From: Octopus vulgaris
Lineage: Eukaryota
Assembly (NCBI GenBank): GCA_951406725.2
Contig: OX597831.1
Location: 16,182,001-16,246,000 of the forward strand
Direction of reading: 5' to 3'
Length of the DNA stretch: 64,000 nucleotides
A program made the translations under genes and the position numbers. This document shows positions 53,548-64,000 of this stretch, piece after piece. Position 1 is the first letter of the stretch; every line of letters starts with the position of its first letter. The notes beneath the pieces are model-generated. The model was not told where the DNA came from. It made no database searches and saw nothing but the letters and a program-made list of their open reading frames with translations.

Positions 53548-53863
53548 TATTCAATAAAGCAACAGACTGACATAGGGTCGTGCCGACAATCGAAATTCTC
53601 GGACTCTGAGTCACTCTACTGATTATGTTGTAAATATATATGCGAAAACAAAAAAAAATTAATTAAATGAACAAATATATTAATTTCTTTATATTTTTAT
53701 AGATACAAAAGCACACATAAATGTTGCAGGAACGTGCAACATTCATAAATTTAGAATTGGATACAGTTGCATTTTCATCTGTAAAGAGAAAAGATATATA
53801 TCAACGAGTTATTGATTGCGTGCATATTATAGTATAACATATATATATATATATATTATACAT

Positions 53864-53928
<65 letters not shown>

Positions 53929-54103
53929 TAAAATATTAGGGAATAAATCCAAATTTACAGGGAAAAAATCAGATTTAGGATTAAATCCAATTTTATAGTA
54001 AAATATTATAAAATATTATTAGAGACAAAACCACTATTTTGCAAAACAAACAAGGAAAGACTTAATCAATACATAAAATTTTAATAAATAGTCAAAAAAA
54101 CCG

Positions 54104-54146
54104 CCACTACAATTGTTTCTTGTCTTGATCGACAATCTTCAGGTGG
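54104..54146 (-). ncRNA. minimal type I hammerhead ribozyme (mirror copy)
   Basis: reverse complement of 54193-54235 with one loop difference. Confidence 0.8.
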
Positions 54147-54192
54147 ACTTCCAATAAGTCAGTTTCAAATTATGAAGTTACTTATTGGAAGT

Positions 54193-54235
54193 CCACCTGA
54201 AGATTGTCAATCAAGACAAGAAACAATTGTAGTGG
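54193..54235 (+). ncRNA. minimal type I hammerhead ribozyme
   Basis: CCAC-CTGAAGA-TTGTC(aatcaa)GACAA-GAAAC-AATT-GTA-GTGG; all stems pair. Confidence 0.82.
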
Positions 54236-54328
54236 CGGTTTTTTTGACTATTTATTAAAATTTTATGTATTGATTAAGTCTTTCCTTGTTTGTTTTGCAA
54301 AATAGTGGTTTTGTCTCTAATAATATTT

Positions 54329-54402
<74 letters not shown>

Positions 54403-54849
54403 GTGTGTGTGTGTGTTTATATATATATATTAATATATGTGTGTGTATATATATATTAATATATGTGTGTTCCACAAGGCGTAATTAATTAGAAATACTT
54501 ATGGAAAACAGGGTCATTATAGGATAATATATACAGGTTGCAGTCATTTCAGTTATAACCTCTACATACTAGAATAAAAGATGGTCTAATGTTTTAAATT
54601 TAAATTGCATAATATCACTTCTGAATGTTCTTAAATCACGTCGTATTGTATTTGCGTCCTAACGAATGTTGCTATTTATTAGTGTTGGTCTGTTAATGAA
54701 TGTCGTAACACATAGAGCTCTATTACTCGTTGTATTAATATTTGTCATTGTGGCCTTCCTCGATGAGACACAGCAGCTCGATCTGTCGTTGGTTGGTTGA
54801 TGGTGCAGCAGTAAAAAAGACTTACTACTACTAGTAGTATTAGTATCCG

Positions 54850-55179
54850 CTGCACTTCGTCGTTTACGACGACCAGGGTTCCAGCTGATTCAATCAGCGA
54901 AACAGACTGCTCGTGGAATTAACGTGTAACTGGCTGAGCACTTCAGAGAGACGTTTGCCCTTCGAAATACAGGTACGACAGAAATAGGAAGAAAGAGTGT
55001 GAGAAAGTTGTTGTGAAAGAGTACAGCGGGTTTCGCCACCCACGCCACTGCGGGAGCCTCATGGAACTTTAGGTGTTTTCGCACAATAAACACTCAAAAA
55101 GCCTTATCTGGGAATCGAATCCACCGCGATCATACGACCGTGAATCCGCTGCTCTAACCACTGGGCCATAGCGCCTCCA
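54850..55179 (-). mobile_element. SINE family 2, alternative tail
   Basis: head GGAGGCGCTATGGCCCAGTGGTTAG; body shared with 22380 and 40693. Confidence 0.8.
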
Positions 55180-55699
55180 GTACTCCTAGCATGTGGTAGG
55201 AACATTAATAGCAGTGGTGTGTGGTGATTGTTTCATTGGGTATGCTGCCACACCCAATACCACCAAATTTGAAGCAAGAGTATAAAAATATTCTCCATTA
55301 AGGTTTATGATAAAATTACTGTGTAATTTTAATATTTATAATGAACTTGCCATCTTCGAGGACTGTGCATAGCACACCTAGCGTACCCGGAATATACGTC
55401 CCTGATTAATAGGTAGTGTTCCCTGTCACTTATAGTAGTGTTTAAATTATTGTTTTAACGTTTACGTGTTTGTTTTGCAAGATTCTTAATGTGAAAACGT
55501 GTGTTGAAATAAATATTGTTGCACTTGCGGATGGCGATTTAATATTATTTTTTTATAATTAAACACACACTCATTATTTAACGCTTTCGTCTCTTTCAAG
55601 GATTCATCATCATCCAAGATGTGTCACTAAACAGAAGAAACTCTAAATCAATAGTCTTGAAAATTAGTCGGAAATTTAAATGAGTTGCACCAAAGATAC

Positions 55700-56480
55700 A
55701 GATCTAGAATGTGCAGCCGATATTGCTCTTATCTCTGAAGAGATACGCTGGCCACAGCAAATGTTCGACAAGCTAAAACTTGAAGCTGCAAAAGGTGGCT
55801 AGTGTTGTAACTCAGATAATATCTGATATGCATATTAAATATTTCGTCTGCTAATCATATCCGATTTTCATATCAGATATTTAATCAAGACCCCGAGCAA
55901 CAAAATCATTTTTTGCAAGAAATGGAACAGAACATAAGGTTGTTCCTAACTTCAAATACGATAAAACGTAGTGGAAATCACTTTGCTGAACGTAAGGCAC
56001 AGTGTTGGAATGCGTGTCACAAGCTGTGTAGAACCAGGAATCGTAAGATAGCTCATATATGGAAAATTAGATTTCTCGTTTTTACGGTCGAGTCACTTTG
56101 GTTACACAATGCTGAATCTTGCACCCTCACCAAAATTCTTGAAAAACAAATAGTCGTCTGCTGGACAAGAATACTAATAATGTCTCTAAATGTTATATGG
56201 AATGCTCATTTAACCAACAAGCAACTTTATCCAGATCTGCTCGAAGTATAGGAAAAGGTTAAGCAGAGAATAAGAATTGCTAGTCATTATATCAATAAGG
56301 CACCCAGAAGAACCGGTGTCAACCGGTCTTATGGCAGTCGCGTGAAGGAAGAATCAATGAGGGAAGAAACGTCTAACATATATGAACAAATTGCTTCAGG
56401 AAAGTGGATTGCAAATATTGACGAATTAATTTCATGCAAGGGGTAAGCGACGGGGTGCTTGTTGAATTACAGAATTGTCC
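55700..56480 (+). mobile_element. old RTE-group LINE fragment
   Basis: ADIALISEE; RKAQCWNACHKL..VESLWLHNAESCTLTK resembles ORF 34425-34991. Confidence 0.7.
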
Positions 56481-56723
56481 GAGAGAACGACCAAACTAAA
56501 GCAAATATTTTCCCCAATCCTGAAAAGCTTCTCTTAACATAAACAATCTGTATTATTCTTAAAACTATCTACCCCTCCCCCATACACACAGACCTTCACA
56601 GATGCATTGGTACAGAAGCATTTTAGTTTGTTTTCAATATATATTTCATATTTGAAATAGTTGCAGCAACATTTCCTTGCCGTCTCAAGTCATTGCTCTA
56701 GTTAGAAAATTAACTATGTTGCG

Positions 56724-56787
<64 letters not shown>

Positions 56788-57395
56788 TGGCATCAGCCGA
56801 CATATTTTAGCGTTATAACTAATATTTCAACGGTTTATAACAGAAATTTAATTATAAGATAATATAAAGCAATCTTTTCACTGTTGTATATATCGTTGGT
56901 AAATGTAATTTAGAACAGTGGTTTTTACTCACCTCTATGATTGTTGGATATTTCACGGTATTAGAAATATGCAATTGATATCAGGTAAATATAGAACTTA
57001 TTACAAAATAATTATCAAATTATCTATTAGACGCTTGTGACATTGATATTTTCATATCAGACGTAATGACCAAATAGATTTGCAAAACATAACACCATGT
57101 GGAGTAAAATAAGTACCATCAATAATTTGTGCGGTGGTTTAACATAGAACAGAGCATCATTATTCGTCGGTGCTTCGTGAGCTGAAATATGCAGAAAAAA
57201 TGGCATTTAATTAAACTTCGGTAGCTTCATTACGGATTATTGAGGTCTAAGTCAAAGAGCGTCTTAAAAGAAATACATTCCGAAAAGTTTCTGCTTAATT
57301 TTTACAATAACATTTTGTTATCAATTGCTGTTCCACTGAAATAATTATGACAATAGAAACACTCCAATATTTTAATGATACTTATGTTAGCAATA

Positions 57396-57676
57396 TCACC
57401 GTGATCAGCGTGACCGACTAGGCTGGTCACAATGCGCTTCGCATTGTTTTAGCCTTCAAATGACGCCAACCTGCTGGCTAAGCGAGCAGGCCAACAGAAG
57501 AAATAGTGAGAGAGAGTTGTGGCGAAAGAGTACAGCAAGGATCGCCCCCCCCCCCTGCCGTAGTCTCGTGGAGCTTTAGGTGTTTTTCGCTCAATAAACA
57601 CTCAGCGCCTGGACTGGGAATCGAAACCGCGCTTCTACAGCCGCGAATCTAACCACTGGGCCATTGCGCCTCCATA
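57396..57676 (-). mobile_element. SINE family 2, third tail type, TSD TTAGCAATAT
   Basis: head GGAGGCGCAATGGCCCAGTGGTTAG; TSD at 57386-57395 and 57677-57686. Confidence 0.82.
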
Positions 57677-58134
57677 TTAGCAATATATCAAATGAAATTC
57701 TATAAGTACACAGGAAAATATCTTTAACTGAACGCCGAAAGGTACATGTTATGCGTAAATGCCGATTTCCTCATCAATATATTGGATTGATAGTCTTGCT
57801 TTATGTGTAGCACATATCTGCGTAGTGAATTAAAAACGCTAAGAAGTCAACAAGTCTTGGTTGATAAATATAGTAACAGATAGGTAGGTGGATCATATAT
57901 AATCTATTTGTTTAGGCAACCCTTCTCCCTCTCTCTCTCTCTCTCAATACATTTCTAGAGAGAGAGAGAACTTGTAGTAGCAAGAGTGGATGCAGAGGGG
58001 CGTTCATTTTCCCTCTTTGCAGAATGAAAGGAAACCTAGATGATAAGGAAATATCGACTATCACATTATGTACCTTGTAGGGAAGCACGGGAGTTAGGAA
58101 GTATAAATGATGCCTCCTAAAAGCGGAACTCATC

Positions 58135-60072
58135 AAATTTTGAGGGAAGGGAAGATTCCATCTCATCGATCCAAGTTTTTCTCAGTTACTCAATCTATCA
58201 ATCTCGAAAGGATGAAACGCACAGGCTACATCGGTGAAATTTGAACACAGAATGTAAAGACGGACGAAATGCAGCTAAGGGTTTTGCCTGCCGTACTAAC
58301 AATTCAGCATACTAGCTGCATTCATTAGGAAGGATTAATTATCATTTCTACTAAAGGCACAAGGCCTGAAATTACAGGAGGTGCGGGTATTCCATTGCAT
58401 CGACATCAGTACATGACTATGCATTTGATATTCCCCGTCGTACTGACGATAATAATAATAATTATTATTATTATGGTTTGGAATTTTGGCACAAGTCCAG
58501 TAAGTTAAGTTGGAGTGATAATTCGATTACATCGACTCCAATATTCAGTTGCTCCATATTTCAGTGACCCTGATAGAATGAAAGGAGTAGTCGACCTCGA
58601 CGGAATTTGAACTCAAAGCGTAAGTGTAGATGAAATACTGCTTAGCATTTCGCTTGGCGCACTAACGATTGTTATTTCTTTACTACCCACAAGGGGCTAC
58701 AAACAAGGTTATACAAACGGTTTAAGTCGATTATATCGACCCCAGTGCGCAACTCGTACTTAACTCATCGACCCCGAAAGGATGAAAGGCAAAGCCGACC
58801 TCGGCGGAATTTGAACTCAGAAGGTAGCGGCAGACGAAATACTGCTAAGCATTTCGTCCGGCGTGCTAACGTTCCTGCCAGCTCGCAGCCTTCGTAAGGA
58901 GTGTATTAATAACAAGTAATAATAGTTACAAAAATTATTTGAATTGCATGAAATATCGATTTTTCATAATTATTAATACAGTAAAGTGATCACAGAAAAT
59001 ATATTGGATGAGTAACATTCGTTTGTAATGTAATTCGATGCTGCAATTATTCCTTCTAATAAGACCAAATTAATTCAAATATATTACCAGGGCATACAGA
59101 AAAATGCTGATCGTGGAAGAACCATTTACATTCTACGAAACTTCCTTCAAAACAACTTTCGTATACCTGCAGACGTCTGTAAAAGAATTAGAAAAATAGA
59201 GGAACTGGGTACGTTTTGGCTTAGTTATGATACAAAGTAAATATTATATTGGTGTCCCATTTCGGCACAAGACCATCATGTTCGTGGTAGAGGAGAAGTT
59301 CGTCCCGTCGACCCTAGTATTTAAGTGTTACTCGTTGCATTAACCGTAAAATGATGAAAGGCAATGTTTCCTTTGGTGAAATTTGAAAACTGAACGGGAA
59401 AACGGACGGATGCCGCTGGAAGTTTTGCCCTGCAAACTAAAGTTTCTGTCTATTCTAGCCACAAGGCCCGAAATTTTGGGGGAGAGGGCCAGGCGATTAG
59501 ATCGATCCCAATACGTAACTGGTACTTAATTTATCGACTCCGAAAGGATGAAAGGCAAAGTCGACCTCGGCGGAATTTGAACTGAGAACGTAACGGCAGA
59601 CGAAATACCTATTTCTTTACTACCCACAAGGGACTAAACACAGAGGGGACAAACAAGGACAGACAAACGGATTAAATCGATTATATAGACCCCAGTACGT
59701 AACTGGTACTTAATTTATCGACCCTGAAATGATGAAAGGCAAAGTCGACCTCGGCGAAATTTGAACTCAGAACGTAGTGGCAGACGAAATACCGCTAAGC
59801 ATTATCACCTGGCGTGCTAACGTTTCTGCCTGCTCGCCGCCTTTATAGAGATTTATATTACATTAGTTTGAAACTCTGCCATAAAGTAATCCAGGTGGGT
59901 TAAGTAAAATACATCGACCGCAGTGCCGCCTAACAGTCACCTATCTAATCGATTCCGAAAGGATGAAAAGCAAAGACGACTTCGGTGGAATTTGAACTAA
60001 GAATGTAACGGCAGAGGAATTACGCTAAACATTTCGCCCGGGATGCTAAAAATTGTGGCATCACACCGCCGT
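58135..60072 (-). mobile_element. cluster of about 8 co-oriented SINE family 1 copies
   Basis: repeated GATGAAAGGCAAAGTCGACCTCGGCGGAATTTGAACTC motif at several divergence levels. Confidence 0.85.
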
Positions 60073-61042
60073 TTAAAGTTAATATTATATTGATGGATAG
60101 AATATATACCTGTCGGTTAGAATGTTGTATATAGTGAGCTACTGTCTAACCGCAAATACAGCTTTCGCATGAACCTATAACTAGTTTCCTTAGATTTTAT
60201 TTTACCTGAATGCAAATATCTACGTGCGCATATGTGGATGCCTGCTACCGTTTCTGCCAGCTCGCCGCCTTAATATATATATATAGATATATGTGTGTAT
60301 GTGTGTGTGGCCATGCTGCAGCATCGACTTTACTCGAAGAAATCGACCCAGACTTATTCTTTCAAAGCCTAGTACTGATCGGTCTCTTTTGCCGAAGCGC
60401 TTTGCTACAGTGACGTAAACATACCAACATCGGTTGTCAAGACCTGGGGCGACCAAACGCACGCACACACATACACACACGCACATATAGCTGTGTGTAT
60501 GTGTCTTTCTGACTGTGTTTATCCCGTCACCACTAAAACTTCAAGACGGTGCCCCAGTATGGCCACAGTATAATTATTGAAATAAGGAAAAGGTAAAAGG
60601 TTTAAGATAAATGTTTTGTAATAATCAAACAAATCTGCTAATCCAGAATCTGTAGGATCGAATGCCATAATTACCAGCCAAATACAGCCGCTTAGATTAC
60701 AATAAAGATATATAAATTACTTTTTAAAAGTTGTAGAAGGCCAGCAGCTAATGAGAGGAAACGGAAGTTGATAACATCGACTAATTCCTTCAGTGGTTCT
60801 TATACTATCGGTCCTGCGAACCAGAACCTCGATTCCATATCGGACGTATTAAAACTCACAATGTAATAAGCCCGAACGAATGACGCTAATTTTAGATTAA
60901 AATATATTAAAACAAATATATATTTAAATAATGAAAGACATATAAGCTTCGTATAGAATATAAGAATAAACTTATAGATATACATGTATGTGTTTGTATG
61001 TATATATATATATGTCACAGTTTGTGGTTTGTGTGTGTGAGA

Positions 61043-61103
<61 letters not shown>

Positions 61104-61539
61104 TACACATACATATAGACATGCATACATACATACTTGCATTGGAAGATATCTGGTCTTAATATTGGGTAAGCTCTCAGGGCAACTTCGCAATATGATT
61201 TTGCAATCGAGTAGCATTTCTGTGACGTATCGGCTCCTACAAATACATAATCTCATATTATTAAAGAGAAGCGAGCCTCCGTCTGTCTTTCCGTAACAAT
61301 ATCTGTGTAGAGGGAAGAAGAAGGTTAGGAAAAAATGGTTGCAGTTGAGAGAGATGTACAGTAAGAAAGTGTGAGAGCGAAAGAGAGTGCTTGTGTGTGT
61401 GTGTGCATGCGCGTGTGTGTGCATGCGCGCGTGTGTGACAGATAAAGAAATAGATAATTTTGTCACCCTAGGTCTGTTTAAAATGCGCTAACTTTAAGTC
61501 CTTGTCTCTCAGCACAACGCAATAGACTTGAAAAATTAC

Positions 61540-61611
<72 letters not shown>

Positions 61612-62178
61612 ATCCATGTACGTATATATTGTTCGTTTTATGTTTGTGTTCGGTTGCAGGTCAGGTGAAAGGGGTCGCCACGTGATGCTGCCCCGTCTGC
61701 TAAACCAACTCTATGGAAAGGCTTGCTTCAGGTAGTCTCATTGTCAACTATAAAGGGAGCTGGACAAAATTAACTAAATTAGCATAGAATAATGGTTTCA
61801 GATTTTTTTTATAATTAAGATCTAAACTGTTAATATATGAACACGAAATACATTGTTGAATAACTGTGAAGTTATTTTGTGCTACCCTGTATATAATCAA
61901 ATTACAACAAATGCATTCTGGTTCACTACAGCTGTTTCTGACACTTTTTATTGATGAATAGAAGTGATGCATCATGCAAAAATAAAAGGAATAATAATAA
62001 TAAAATAAATAAAATAGTTTTTGTTTCTGGTGAATACACGAAAGAAATAATCATTTTATATAAACATTTCAATAAAATGCACAAAGCGCCATGTTGAATT
62101 TCTCGTCCAAAATTCGGTCCTTAGTGCATAATTGGGTATGTTTATGGGAAACACGTGACAGCTAAAGACGGTACTCAC

Positions 62179-62215
62179 CAATAATGAGGCCAAATAGAAT
62201 TATTGAAAATTTCAT
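62179..62215 (-). CDS. signal-peptide exon of paralog E (MKFSIILFGLII-G)
   Basis: ATG 62215-62213, 37 nt, phase-1 GTGAGT donor. Confidence 0.7.
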
Positions 62216-63127
62216 TCCGGATATTCGTATGAAAATCAAGGTCGGTTAATGCAATAACTTCTTGCATGTAACTGAAAATTTCGTAATATTATTTAATGGA
62301 TGTTTGGCTCATTCAGATGGTATTTACACGTTGTCCATAAAAAATAATAAAATATTTTCCTGCGGCATTTTAATGATATATACATGCCATATATAAAGAG
62401 GTTTATATGAGTTTTCTGACATGTATAGTCTTGGATCTTTTTTGCCTTTATGAAAGCAAATATCGATTCGGATTTTCATTTCATTATTTATATGTGGAAG
62501 ATGCTTCCACATATAAAGGTCGATTTATTTATGAACGTATGAATGCATGTACCCTCGCACTCTATTATTATCAATGTATAAAGACAAATGCACACGGAAT
62601 ATTTATTATGTACAAGTTATGTTTCGCTCCATCACTTTGGCTGTCTTCAGGTACATTGACAAAGAAGTCTCAGAAGATACTTTTTTTTGTGTCGGTTCCG
62701 CTATTGTTATATCGATTTCGGGAATTGATATAAGCAAATAATATTATAGAGGCGTGAAAAGTTCTAATGTGAACGCGGAAATCTTGCGCTCCAGCTTAGA
62801 TAAAATAAGCTTATCAGCTTTCCCTGTCATAAAAGGAGAAAGGGACAGTAATATTTAGACAAGCAGTATCATGTTCGTGCATTTCCATACGAATGGACAG
62901 ACAGAGGGACATATATATATATATATATATAAATACGTAGACACACACATACTTATATGTATACATACGTTTACATTCACATGTATTTATTTATACTATT
63001 GAACCTTCGGAGGGGTATTATGCCGGAGTGATGTTTGTAGTAGGCACACCACACGAGCAACTATCCCGCAGATTTAGAAAACACACACACATACACACAC
63101 ACACCACACACCACACACACATATATA

Positions 63128-63303
63128 TTTCTTTCGTACCCACAATGGGCTAAACATAGAGGGGACAAACAAGGACAGACAAAGGGATTAAGTCGATTAC
63201 ATCGATTCAGTGCGAAACTGGTACTTTATTTATCGACCCCGAGAGGATGAAAGGCAAGTCGACCTCGAATAAATTTGAACTCAGAACATAACGACACACG
63301 AAA
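63128..63303 (-). mobile_element. SINE family 1, head truncated
   Basis: matches 59610-59790. Confidence 0.85.
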
Positions 63304-63352
<49 letters not shown>

Positions 63353-64000
63353 CACGCACACACACATGCACAGACACACTCACACATGCATATACATATT
63401 TAAATACGTTATTTTGAAAGCAATATCGAAATATATATCATGTAAGACCCCTTACAATTGAAATTACACCTGCCTACTGTTTTTCTAAAGAGATCTTGAA
63501 TTTATTAAATGATTCACATGGCTGTATATAATAGTTCCGAAAACCGTTCCGTCTCTCCAATTTCCAGGAATAAACGCAGAAATTTATTTCACTTATCTTC
63601 TCATATGTATAAATTCCGTAAAGAATTTTATAAACCATCTCGGTGACTTAAAACTTCCTTAAATGACACCTACTCAAAATATTCACGAATAACAAATTGG
63701 CAATGCCATAATTTTAAACTGAATCTCTCGTGAAGCATGATATCCTAAAGTTTATGCACTGCAGAATGAGAAATATTAGTGTAACTTCGCTATACATAAA
63801 TATTGTTTCTTTACATCCGGATCATTTAACAGCAATTTTTCTGTATTAAAATATTTATAGTAAACACCTAAAATATACATAGTTTTTTGAAGACGGTGCT
63901 ACTATAGATAAAATATATTTCCTTCACAGATATGATCTGCCAATTCAGTTGTATATTGCTTTAGAGACCCACTGCAATTCCTATTAATTTTAAGTGTAAT

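Larger units (their letters stand above)
54008..54331. repeat. 152-bp inverted repeat (Penelope-like), one hammerhead per arm
   Basis: arms 54008-54159 and 54180-54331, one mismatch, 20-nt spacer. Confidence 0.9.

Noticed and set aside
58135-60072. CRISPR-like repeat-spacer appearance
   Set aside because: The units are about 200-bp dispersed SINE copies in eukaryotic DNA; there are no fixed-length spacers or cas genes.
61251-61530. Helitron-like 5' end (A|TCTCATATTATTAAAG)
   Set aside because: No 3' hairpin or CTAG terminus was found.

Overview
Eukaryotic, AT-rich, repeat-dense animal DNA. The tRNA-derived SINE set and microsatellite load resemble octopus/coleoid cephalopod genomes (inference). 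Most of the window is transposon material: a near-intact CR1-group LINE (26.7-31.4 kb), a decayed Tx1/L1-group LINE (44.6-49.4 kb) plus two older relatives, several RTE and R4/Dong-type pieces, three SINE families, non-autonomous Helitrons, a TTAA-flanked MITE, a Tc1/mariner fragment and several Penelope-type minimal hammerhead ribozymes. Hidden among the repeats, and not shown as such in the ORF track, is a minus-strand tandem cluster of small secreted-protein genes. Five similar 37-40 nt phase-1 signal-peptide exons (one has lost its ATG) lie about 12-13 kb apart. Two of them splice in frame to homologous Cys-rich exons, and others are followed by candidate micro-exons. The CR1-group LINE has an unusual ORF1 (Myb/SANT-like plus two CCCH fingers) and a candidate U-UUU-UUA -1 frameshift into an ORF2 whose first ATG lies inside the endonuclease domain. 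Exon models come from reading splice signals by eye and need transcript support.
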